Below, one piece after another: positions 53,688 to 64,000 of a DNA stretch of 64,000 bases. The notes beneath the pieces are model-generated. The model did no database searches. It was given only the letters and a program-made list of their open reading frames with translations, and was not told the DNA's origin. This DNA comes from an uncultured Planctomycetaceae bacterium (GTDB taxonomy: Bacteria > Planctomycetota > Planctomycetia > Isosphaerales > Isosphaeraceae): contig CAWIAD010000002.1 of the NCBI GenBank assembly GCA_963833985.1, positions 1,280,001 to 1,344,000 on the forward strand, given 5' to 3'. The position numbers and the translations under genes are program-made. The first letter of the stretch is position 1. Every line of letters starts with the position of its first letter.

Positions 53688-53994
53688 GGTTGGTCTCCTC
53701 ATCCAATGGAGTCTGTTTATCCGCCTGCGCGTGCGTGAGCCGCCTCACGACAATGATCCGCGCGATAAGGAATCCAACAAGGCATGCCACGAGCCTCGAC
53801 CAGTGACCTTGTGAAACAAAGTAGAATCCTGCCAGAATCAGACCGGTTCGCAGTAGCAAGCTGCCAAGGAACCAGAGCGCCGGTCTCTCGGACGCTACGC
53901 CCTTTTGAACCGTCCACCAAAGCCCGCCGAAGAAGAACGTACCGAGCAAAGCGCCGCCAAAGAACGCCAGGGCAAGAGCCAGGATGTCATTCAT
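53668..53994 (-). CDS. atpR: N-ATPase AtpR subunit
   Basis: FFGGLWWTV..SLLLR..GFLIAR; lies between atpQ and atpB. Confidence 0.85.
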   Translation of the reverse strand: MNDILALALAFFGGALLGTFFFGGLWWTVQKGVASERPALWFLGSLLLRTGLILAGFYFVSQGHWSRLVACLVGFLIARIIVVRRLTHAQADKQTPLDEETNLAPFTR

Positions 53995-54308
53995 CCAGAT
54001 CCTCCTGCATCTCCTTGTATTCCGTTTCGACCCAACGCCAGGCATTGACACAGCCGACGATCAAACCAGTGAGAAGCAACATGAGCGTCCATGAATGCGT
54101 ACTCGGATAGTGTCTGTCCACCCATAGACCAAGCGCCGCGCCGATCAGGGCCGGAATCGTCACCGACCAGCCGACCAATCCTGACATGCCCAGGCCAAAC
54201 CAGACGCTCTTCGTGCCGTCGCGCCGCGCCTTCAGCTTGCGTGCCGCCTGTGCGCCGACCTCCCGGCTGAAGATCGTCTCCAGGTTCGCGGAATTTACAT
54301 TGAAGTTT

Positions 54309-54316
<8 letters not shown>
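53987..54316 (-). CDS. atpQ: N-ATPase AtpQ (AtpZ/AtpI family)
   Basis: RKLKAR..GLVGWSVTIP..GCVNAWRW. Confidence 0.87.
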
Positions 54317-56527
<2,211 letters not shown>

Positions 56528-56531
<4 letters not shown>

Positions 56532-57925
56532 CCGGTCACCTCCTCGGGCTTGGGGTTATGCCAGTAGCCGTTTGGTGCGATGAGGAGATCAGCCTCTTTC
56601 GGCCCCCAGGTGCCGCGCTGGTAGGGGAGGGTCGCGTGGTGAGACCTGAGTACCGGCTCGACCACTGACCAGGCGGCCTCGACCGCGTCCTCACGCGTGA
56701 AGAGAGCGCCATCGCCGGCCATGGCGTCGCTCAAGAGCCGCTCGTAGGGCGATTCCGCTCCCGGCTGCTCCTCGACCAGATAGAGCTCTCGCTGGTCGCC
56801 GACGAAATCCTTGCCTGCGCGTTTGACCCGAGCGGCGAGAGCGATGGCGGAATTGGGCGAGAGCTGGAATCGTAGGTAGTTGGCCGGGCCGCTCGGCGGC
56901 GCTGAGTCGGCGAAGAGCTTCTGTGGTGGCGGCTTGAGCTCTACCAGTACCTGGGTCGCCGTTTCAGGCAGGTATTTGCCGGAGCGCAGGTACCACGGCA
57001 CACCCTCCCAGCGCCATGAGTCGATGAAAAGCCGCAAGGCGCAGAAAGTCTCGACGTCGGAGCTCTCCGCAACGTTCGGCTCCTCACGGTAGCCATCGTA
57101 CTGGCCGCGGATCAAGTCGTCGGGCGTCAAGGCGCGCGTGGCTTGAAAAACCTTGGCTTTCTCGCCGTGCACGGCTCCAAAGTCCCTGACGGCCGGCGGC
57201 TCCATGGCAAGCAGAGCAACGATCTGGAAAAGATGGTTCTGGATCACATCGCGCAGACAGCCGGCAGTTTCGTAAAACGAGCCGCGGACCCCAACGCCAA
57301 AATCCTCCGATAGGGTTACCTGCACGTTGGCCACGTAGTTGCGGTTCCAGATCGGTTCCAGAAACGAATTGGCGAAACGGAAATAGAGGATGTTCATGAT
57401 CGCCTCCTTGCCAAGGAAGTGGTCGATCCGGAAGATCGAGTCTTCCGGGAACACCGACCTCGCGACGCGGTTAAGCTCACGCGCCGAGGCCAGGTCGCGG
57501 CCGAAAGGCTTTTCGACGATGACGCGCCCCTGATTGGCGAGCTCTGCGGCGCCGAGACCTGTGATCACGGTCTGGAACAACGAGGGTGGGATCGCGAGGT
57601 AATGAGCCGGGCGCTGGGCGCGACCCAGCCCCTGCTTGATCTTCGTGAACGTGTCCCGGTCGTTGTAGTCACCGCTCACGTAAGTGAGTAGGGACAGCAG
57701 ATGCTGGAAGGCATGCTGGTCATCGATCCCGCCCGATCGCGTTATACTGTCCTGTACGCGGTCGCGCAACTGCGCAAGACTCCATTTCGGGGAGGCGACG
57801 CCGATGACCGGGACATTCAGCGCGTCGCGTTTCACCATTGCATAAAGCGCCGGGAAGATCATCTTGTGGGCGAGATCGCCCGTAACACCGAAGAGCACCA
57901 ACGCGTCCGAAAGAGAGGCGCTCAT
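56528..57925 (-). CDS. zwf: Glucose-6-phosphate dehydrogenase
   Basis: [29 protein letters not shown]. Confidence 0.95.
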
Positions 57926-58029
57926 CAGGCACCTTCCTTCTTGGCGGCGGCTTGTCCCTCGTGTCTGAAAACTCGTACCGCAGGGCGGACAGCCTTGAAA
58001 CCGAGCTGACTTCCGAATCGATCCTTCAT
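57925..58029 (-). pseudogene. gnd: 6-phosphogluconate dehydrogenase remnant (34-aa minigene)
   Basis: [22 protein letters not shown]; an alternative frame contains LSALRYEF, like the Gnd C-terminus; located between rpiB and zwf. Confidence 0.6.
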
Positions 58030-58484
58030 GTCTCAACCTCCTGATTCACCAGCGCCTGCACTTTCGCCATCCGGCGTTTGTGGCGTGGGGCGCCGCTGAA
58101 GCGAGCGGCCAGAAAGGTCTCGATCACTTCCCAGGCGAGAGCAGACCCGATCACTTTTCCACCCAGACAGAAGACATTCATGTCGTCATCTTCAACTCCC
58201 TGATGGGCCGAGAAGACGTCATGGATGAGCCCGGCACGAACCCCTGGAACCTTGTTCGAGGCGATGGACGCCCCCACTCCGCTGCCGCAGAGCGCCACTC
58301 CGCGTTCAACCTCCCCCGCGGCGATAGCTCTGGCCAGGGGGATGATGAAATCGGGGTAGTCGTCTCCTGACGTCAGTTGGTGTGCGCCGAAGTCCACGAC
58401 CTCGTGGCCCGACCCTCGCAGCGAGTCCGTCACCTCCCCTTTCAACGTAAACCCTCCATGGTCCGCAGCGATTCGTATGCGCAT
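58026..58484 (-). CDS. rpiB: Ribose-5-phosphate isomerase B family
   Basis: [23 protein letters not shown]. Confidence 0.93.
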   Translation of the reverse strand: MRIRIAADHGGFTLKGEVTDSLRGSGHEVVDFGAHQLTSGDDYPDFIIPLARAIAAGEVERGVALCGSGVGASIASNKVPGVRAGLIHDVFSAHQGVEDDDMNVFCLGGKVIGSALAWEVIETFLAARFSGAPRHKRRMAKVQALVNQEVET

Positions 58485-58489
58485 CGTGC

Positions 58490-60529
58490 TTACTCCTTGA
58501 CATGACGGACCAGGTCATGGGTTTGCTTGCAAATATTATCTATCGTGAAGCCATAGTGCTTCATCACGACCGGCCCGGGGGCCGATGCCCCGAAGGTGTC
58601 GACGCCGATCACGGCGATCTGGGGACCGACATAGGATCTCCAGCCGAGGGAAACGCCGGCCTCGATTGCCAGCAGTGGCACACCCGGTGTCAGGACCTCA
58701 TTGCGATACCGATCTGACTGCATAGAGAAGATGTCTGTACTCGGCAAACTCACCACTCTTGCCTGTACTCTCTCAGTCGCCAGCCGATCACGGGCCTCCA
58801 GCGCCAGATGCACCTCGGAACCGGTTGCGATCAGAATAATGTCCGGTCGTGCACCAGACGGAGAGTCCGTGAGTACGTAGCCGCCACGCGGCACTCCAGA
58901 GGGTACGCCCGGATAGCAAGACGGATCGAGCACGGGGAGTCCCTGCCGAGTCAGCACCAGGGCAACGGGACCTTCCCTTCGCTCGATGGCGATCCGCCAG
59001 GCGGCAACCGTCTCATTGGCATCCGCCGGGCGGATGACAGTCATGCCGGGGATCGATCGCAGTCCCACCAGTTGTTCGACAGGCTGATGGGTCGGACCGT
59101 CCTCTCCCATGGCGATGCTATCGTGGGTGAAGACATAGATCACCGGCAGGCCGTTCATGGCCGCCAGGCGCATCGGAGGTCGCATGTAGTCGCTGAAGAT
59201 CAGGAACGTTCCTCCGAAGGGGATGAGGCCACGGTGCAACGCCAAGCCGTTCAAGATGGCACCCATAGAGTGTTCCCGGATGCCAAAGTGCATGATGCGT
59301 CCCGCCAGGTTCTCCGGCTCGAAGTTCCCGGCCCCGTCCATGTTTGTGTGAGTACTGGGAGCAAGATCGGCCGAGCCTCCTATCAACTCGGGCAGGCGAG
59401 AGCCCAGTACGGTGATAGTCTTTCCCGAAGCGATACGCGTCGCCATCGGGCCATCCGCCGCGGTGAAAACCGGGAGGTTGTTGTCCCAATCCTCGGGAAG
59501 CTGCCGGTGTATGACCCGCTCGAATTCCGCTGCCAGGTCAGGGTATTCTTCCGCAAAGGCGTCGAGACGCAACTCCCACTCCGCCTGCGCGGTACCTCCC
59601 CGGGTGATGGCTTCCCGGAAATGCTCCAGAGCCTCCTCCGGAATATGGAACGGTGGTTCCACCGGCCAGCCCAGCCCTTCTTTGGTCAGACGCACCTCCT
59701 CCAAACCGAGCGGCTCCCCGTGGGCAGCCGCGGTGTCCTGCTTGTGGGGGCTGCCGAAGCCGATGTGGGTGCGAACGAGGATCAAGGAAGGCCGGCCGGT
59801 CTCTTCCCGGGCAGCATCGAGCGCGGCGACGACCGCGTCGATGTCATTGCTCTGTTCGATTCGCTGGACGTGCCAGCCGAACGCTGCGAAACGGGCCATC
59901 CGGTCTTCGGTAAATGCCAGCTCCGTGCTACCTTCGATCGTGATGTGGTTGTCTGCATAGAGGACGACGAGCTTCCCCAGCCGCAGATGACCGGCCTCGG
60001 ATCCGGCCTCGGAAGAGATCCCTTCCTCCAGGTCCCCATCGCTGGCCAGGACATAGGTGTAATGGTCCACGACGGTGTGACCAGGCCGATTGAAGCGCGC
60101 TGCGAGAGCGACCTCGGCGATCGCCATACCGACGGAGTTGGCCAGACCCTGTCCCAAGGGACCGGTGGTTGCCTCAACGCCGGGGGTCTTCCCGTATTCC
60201 GGATGGCCTGGGGTACGGCTTCCCCACTGGCGGAACTTCTCGAGCTCCTCAAATGGCAGGTCGAAGCCCGTGACATGAAGCAGCGCGTACAAGAGAGCAC
60301 ACCCATGTCCGGCCGAAAGCACAAATCGATCCCGGTCGGGCCAGAAGGGATCACGCGGGTTGAACTTCAAAAAGCGATCCCAGAGCGCGTAGGCCATGGC
60401 CGCCGAACCCAGGGGCAGACCAGGGTGCCCTGACCTGGCCTTCTGCACGGCGTCCACGGCCAGGAAGCGCAGAGTGTTGACGCAGAGTTTGTCCAGTTCG
60501 GGTGGAGCGTTTGTGGCTAAGAGTGTCAT
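58490..60529 (-). CDS. tkt: Transketolase
   Basis: [44 protein letters not shown]. Confidence 0.97.
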   Translation of the reverse strand: MTLLATNAPPELDKLCVNTLRFLAVDAVQKARSGHPGLPLGSAAMAYALWDRFLKFNPRDPFWPDRDRFVLSAGHGCALLYALLHVTGFDLPFEELEKFRQWGSRTPGHPEYGKTPGVEATTGPLGQGLANSVGMAIAEVALAARFNRPGHTVVDHYTYVLASDGDLEEGISSEAGSEAGHLRLGKLVVLYADNHITIEGSTELAFTEDRMARFAAFGWHVQRIEQSNDIDAVVAALDAAREETGRPSLILVRTHIGFGSPHKQDTAAAHGEPLGLEEVRLTKEGLGWPVEPPFHIPEEALEHFREAITRGGTAQAEWELRLDAFAEEYPDLAAEFERVIHRQLPEDWDNNLPVFTAADGPMATRIASGKTITVLGSRLPELIGGSADLAPSTHTNMDGAGNFEPENLAGRIMHFGIREHSMGAILNGLALHRGLIPFGGTFLIFSDYMRPPMRLAAMNGLPVIYVFTHDSIAMGEDGPTHQPVEQLVGLRSIPGMTVIRPADANETVAAWRIAIERREGPVALVLTRQGLPVLDPSCYPGVPSGVPRGGYVLTDSPSGARPDIILIATGSEVHLALEARDRLATERVQARVVSLPSTDIFSMQSDRYRNEVLTPGVPLLAIEAGVSLGWRSYVGPQIAVIGVDTFGASAPGPVVMKHYGFTIDNICKQTHDLVRHVKE

Positions 60530-61716
60530 GTTGGCGTTGAACCTCTTCTGATCGTGAGCGGGATTTCGCGACGCTTTTTTGTCTCGGGCTGACCGTCGAT
60601 CCGAAGTGAGCCCGTGGCTCGGGACACGTCGGCGCGGGCCCCTGTCGGCAGGAATTCCGGCACGTCAAGACGCGCCACGCCGATCCGGTTGTCGGCCATC
60701 CCGTAATAGATGTCGAAACGATCGGGCAAGCCGAGATCATCGCGCCGGTCGATGGCAGTGGGAAAGACGACGTTGGCGACCGTTCCGATACGTTCCTGTG
60801 GTAATTCCGGCGTCAATATTGGCTCCGGTGAACGATAGCGGATCACCCGCGGATGCTGCTCGGAGAGCACCAGCACGCCGGCGGAGTAGCATAACTTGTG
60901 CGCTGCCGTGTTCGAGACTGCCAGTTCGTGGACGCCATGGTAGATGACCATCCATCCGTGTCGCGTCAGCACCGGAGGAGTGCCGCCACCAATTTTGAGC
61001 GATTCCCAGCCCACCACCGGGCTGGCGAACCGGTTATGCAAGGTGAAGTGGCAGAGGTGATAGGGCTCATCGCCAGGATCACCCAGTGGACAGTAGGAAA
61101 TCCAAATGCTCTCTCGATGGAGATCCACGACGCGGGACGCCGGTTGGCAGACTGTTTCCTCAGGGCGAGTCCCGGGAAAGAGAGGTCTGTGGAGGAGGGC
61201 CATTGCCGGTTGCCCGTCAGGATCGGGAATGGCGACGGGGAAGATGCTGGCATCCTTATTATCCACACCGTCGAACTCGATGCCTTCATAAGGGCGGAAG
61301 GTCGCCAGCCCCAGACGTTGCCAGTGGAAAAGGTCTTCCGAGAGGGCAAGGGCAATCCGCGGACCTTTGGGTGAAAGTGCTGTGTAAGTCATCACGTAAC
61401 GCTTGAGGTCTTGACCGTAACTTATCCGTGCATCCTCACATCCTCCGCTGCCGTCAGGCCGCAGCTCGTAATCCGTTTCTGGCTCCAGTGCGATGCCGAG
61501 CCGTTCGACTCCCTCCGGGTCGCCGGCCTCATTGAATTTCACTCGGGCAATACCGATGCGCGAGAAATTTCCCTTTCCGACCAGGCGCGGGAAGAGGTAG
61601 TACTGACCGTCAGGGCCGCGCACCCCGGCGGGGTTCAAGACCCCTTCGACCTCCAGCGGATTACCCGGCTCGGGCTCCATCAGCATCCCCAGCCGCTTCA
61701 TTTGAAATCCTGCCAT
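60526..61716 (-). CDS. GH130-like glycosidase/mannoside phosphorylase
   Basis: [48 protein letters not shown]. Confidence 0.85.
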   Translation of the reverse strand: MAGFQMKRLGMLMEPEPGNPLEVEGVLNPAGVRGPDGQYYLFPRLVGKGNFSRIGIARVKFNEAGDPEGVERLGIALEPETDYELRPDGSGGCEDARISYGQDLKRYVMTYTALSPKGPRIALALSEDLFHWQRLGLATFRPYEGIEFDGVDNKDASIFPVAIPDPDGQPAMALLHRPLFPGTRPEETVCQPASRVVDLHRESIWISYCPLGDPGDEPYHLCHFTLHNRFASPVVGWESLKIGGGTPPVLTRHGWMVIYHGVHELAVSNTAAHKLCYSAGVLVLSEQHPRVIRYRSPEPILTPELPQERIGTVANVVFPTAIDRRDDLGLPDRFDIYYGMADNRIGVARLDVPEFLPTGARADVSRATGSLRIDGQPETKKRREIPLTIRRGSTPT

Positions 61717-61748
61717 CGCCTCTCCTCAAGACGTCATACGTAATCAGC

Positions 61749-62492
61749 TTAGATTAAACATGCGATGATTGCTTCGATAACCCGTTTGGTCTCATGTGGT
61801 TCTTTGACCCGGATCGACAAGACGCCAGCTTCCTCGGCCGGATAGTCGTTGCCGCCAGGAAACAAGGCATCTCCGATGAAGATCATCTCTTCAATGGCTA
61901 TGCCCAGCATGTCCCTTAGCTTTCTAATCCCGTAGGCCTTGTCGATGCCGGGCTTCGTGACGTCAATGGACGTCGCGCCACCGAGTCGGACAGAAAACTC
62001 CGGAATCAAGGTGTCAAGGATGGCTTTCATCTTCTTTCGCTTGTTGAAATCCGGGTCCCATTTCACCTTTTCTTGCAGAGGAGCTTCTTGACCCAATGCG
62101 GAAAAGGTGATCTGACTACCCCTGTCTTGAATCAACTCTCCCCAGACTTTTTCGGGCTTCAGGCCCGATTGCTCGATTGCCTGCTTCAGTGAACTGATAA
62201 TCCTATCTTTCTGTTCACTCGTGAAATCTTCCGCGTAAAGTTTTTTCCAACCTGTTTCGTACTTGTAGAACTGTGTTCCACATGTAGGGAGGAGCGAAAG
62301 GTTCTTCAGGCGTTCGTCACAGGTAAGATGAGAGAGCACTTGTTTTTGAAACTGCGGCCAGTTGCCGCCGGAGATCACAGCGACCTTGATCACGCCAAAC
62401 AGTTTATTGAGAAGGGTCGCCATCTCGGGATCCAGCGACGACTTGCTCTGGGCCAGTGTTCCATCGAGGTCGAATACAACGAGCTTTTTCAT
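61749..62492 (-). CDS. HAD-IIB hydrolase, phosphomannomutase-like
   Basis: FDLDGTL, ISGG, DRGSQITFSALG, GGATSIDV, DKAY, GDALFPGGNDY. Confidence 0.88.
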   Translation of the reverse strand: MKKLVVFDLDGTLAQSKSSLDPEMATLLNKLFGVIKVAVISGGNWPQFQKQVLSHLTCDERLKNLSLLPTCGTQFYKYETGWKKLYAEDFTSEQKDRIISSLKQAIEQSGLKPEKVWGELIQDRGSQITFSALGQEAPLQEKVKWDPDFNKRKKMKAILDTLIPEFSVRLGGATSIDVTKPGIDKAYGIRKLRDMLGIAIEEMIFIGDALFPGGNDYPAEEAGVLSIRVKEPHETKRVIEAIIACLI

Positions 62493-62548
62493 TTTACGGT
62501 TTCTGTGTTCTTGACCCTGTTCACCATCCCGATCCTTTCCGGCTGGAA

Positions 62549-63539
62549 CTATCCAGGCAGAGCGACCTCCAGCATGGTGACTGGAGTTTGTGGATGGTAA
62601 GTACATGCGCCGACCTCCGCCGGCAAGAGCACGACGTCGCCCTGGCCGATGGGATAATTGGTGCCGCTGTACTCCAGCTCTCCTTCGCCGGCGATGCACA
62701 CCAGCACTCGAGGTGTGGCAGTCGCACCGACGCCGAATGGCGATTGTCCGGTGGTACGCCACACCGAGAAATGTGCACAATGAAAGAGGCGCTCACGCCT
62801 CACCGGCGCATCCTCGAGCACCACCGGTGCCACCGGACCGATTGCGACTTGTCTGAAATCGAGGCAGGCAACCGCCTGCTCGACTTGCAGGGGTCGGGGC
62901 TTACCAGTCTTGGGGTCGAGCCGATCCCAATCGTAAAGGCGATACGTGACGTCGCTGTTTTCCTGGACCTCGAACACGACAAGGCCGCTGAGGGAGTGAG
63001 CGGTCCCGGCCCGGAGGAAGACGGCGTCGCCGACCCTCGGCCTGAAGCTTGCCAGAAGCTCAGCCACCGTCCTGTTAGCGAGAGGCTCGCTTCAGATCGT
63101 CTTGAGTGGTCCCTGGCCTCAGACCCGCGTAGATGCGGCTCGCTGGCCCCGCGTCCAGCACGACCCACGCTTCGGACTTGCCGGTTTCGCCCGCCGGGAT
63201 ATAGTCCTTCTGCCCATCCTCCGGATGTACCTGGACCGAGAGCTTTTCGTGAGCGTCGAGGAACTTGAGGAGCACAGGGAACCGTCGGAAACGGCCCGCC
63301 AGTTTACCCAGCAGTTGGTCGGGCGACTGCTCCACCAACTGCTGGATGGTCGACCCTTTGAGCGGACCGGCAGCGACCCTGCTGGGATGGTCATCGCGGT
63401 CGCTCAGTAGCCAGGCTTCGCCGATAGGTCCGTCGCCGGGAAGTGGTTCCCTGAGCAACTCGGCCAGGCGCCGGCCACCCCAGAGTCGATACTGGAAGAT
63501 CGGTTCGAATCGCAGCGGGTACATTGGAAGGTTGATCAT
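62549..63539 (-). CDS. manA: Type I mannose-6-phosphate isomerase (frameshift ~63085)
   Basis: WGG, IGEAW, LKFLDA..LSVQVHP, KSEAW, AGTAH, EVQENSDVTYRLYDW. Confidence 0.9.
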
Positions 63540-63604
63540 GTCGTGTCTCTTGTTGTACCGGGCGGAGCATCTGCGGGCGCATTTTCTAAGCGATGCCCGT
63601 GGGG

Positions 63605-64000
63605 TCAGGGGCCATGCTTCTTCGCTGAGTGATATTCCTTGCGAATATGCTCGATATCTACCGTAGGCGGGGGGAGCGTCATCTTCAGCCCTTCCAGGTG
63701 CTCAATGACGATCCGGGCCACGGCGAGGTTCCTGAACCATTTGTGGTCAGAGGGGATAATGAACCAGGGGGCGTGATCGGTGCTGCAACGGGAGAGTGCA
63801 TCCTCGTAAGCCGCCGTGTACTCGTCCCAGGAGGTTCGCTCCTTGTGATCTGCCTCACTGATCTTCCATTGTTTGGAAGGATCGTCGAGCCGATCCTTGA
63901 AGCGCTTCAGTTGCTCTCCTTTGGAGATGTGTAGGAAGAATTTGAGGATATGGGTATCATCCTCGACGAGCCCACTTTCGAAGGCATTGATTCGATCGTA
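63605..64000 (-). CDS. ppk2: Polyphosphate kinase 2 family, 3' part
   Basis: [41 protein letters not shown]; the 5' end is beyond the window and the gene is absent from the ORF track. Confidence 0.92.
   Translation of the reverse strand, partial: YDRINAFESGLVEDDTHILKFFLHISKGEQLKRFKDRLDDPSKQWKISEADHKERTSWDEYTAAYEDALSRCSTDHAPWFIIPSDHKWFRNLAVARIVIEHLEGLKMTLPPPTVDIEHIRKEYHSAKKHGP

Noticed and set aside
58808..60433. Long antisense ORFs (also 15948-17585, 38710-40389, 1469-2671)
   Set aside because: Shadows of well-supported genes on the opposite strand.

Overview
GC-rich bacterial DNA, probably a planctomycete (Isosphaeraceae-like); this is inferred from the Ser/Thr kinase, ECF-sigma remnant and hypothetical-protein styles. 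There are four blocks. (1) 1-22.7 kb is an accessory mosaic: catalase and glycosyltransferase remnants, an intact ISAs1, a TolC-HlyD-MFS efflux operon with alpha/beta-hydrolase and HD genes, an amidohydrolase, DUF2252, an atypical tyrosine recombinase, a TPR Ser/Thr kinase, a carotenoid-type desaturase pair and a decayed ECF/kinase pair. (2) 22.7-34.6 kb is a co-oriented mobile-element-like gene train (DUF1257-DUF2997-Ycf46-like AAA ATPase, DUF4230, DUF3150-like, sliding-clamp-like protein) interrupted by IS1634. (3) 35-43 kb holds a divergent transglutaminase/Anbu pair, an RND pump, and an SPFH gene behind a riboswitch-like leader (candidate DUF1646/Na+ class). (4) 43.5-64 kb is a ~20 kb minus-strand super-operon joining PPK2, a putative mannoside to Man-1P to Man-6P to F6P route, pentose-phosphate genes, a complete N-ATPase (atpDCQRBEFAG), acetate kinase, phosphoketolase and class I aldolase. 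In it gnd and tal survive only as in-frame minigenes. About 11 single frameshifts in otherwise complete genes are probably assembly indels. No rRNA, tRNA or CRISPR array was seen. Family names come from motif recognition, not database searches.
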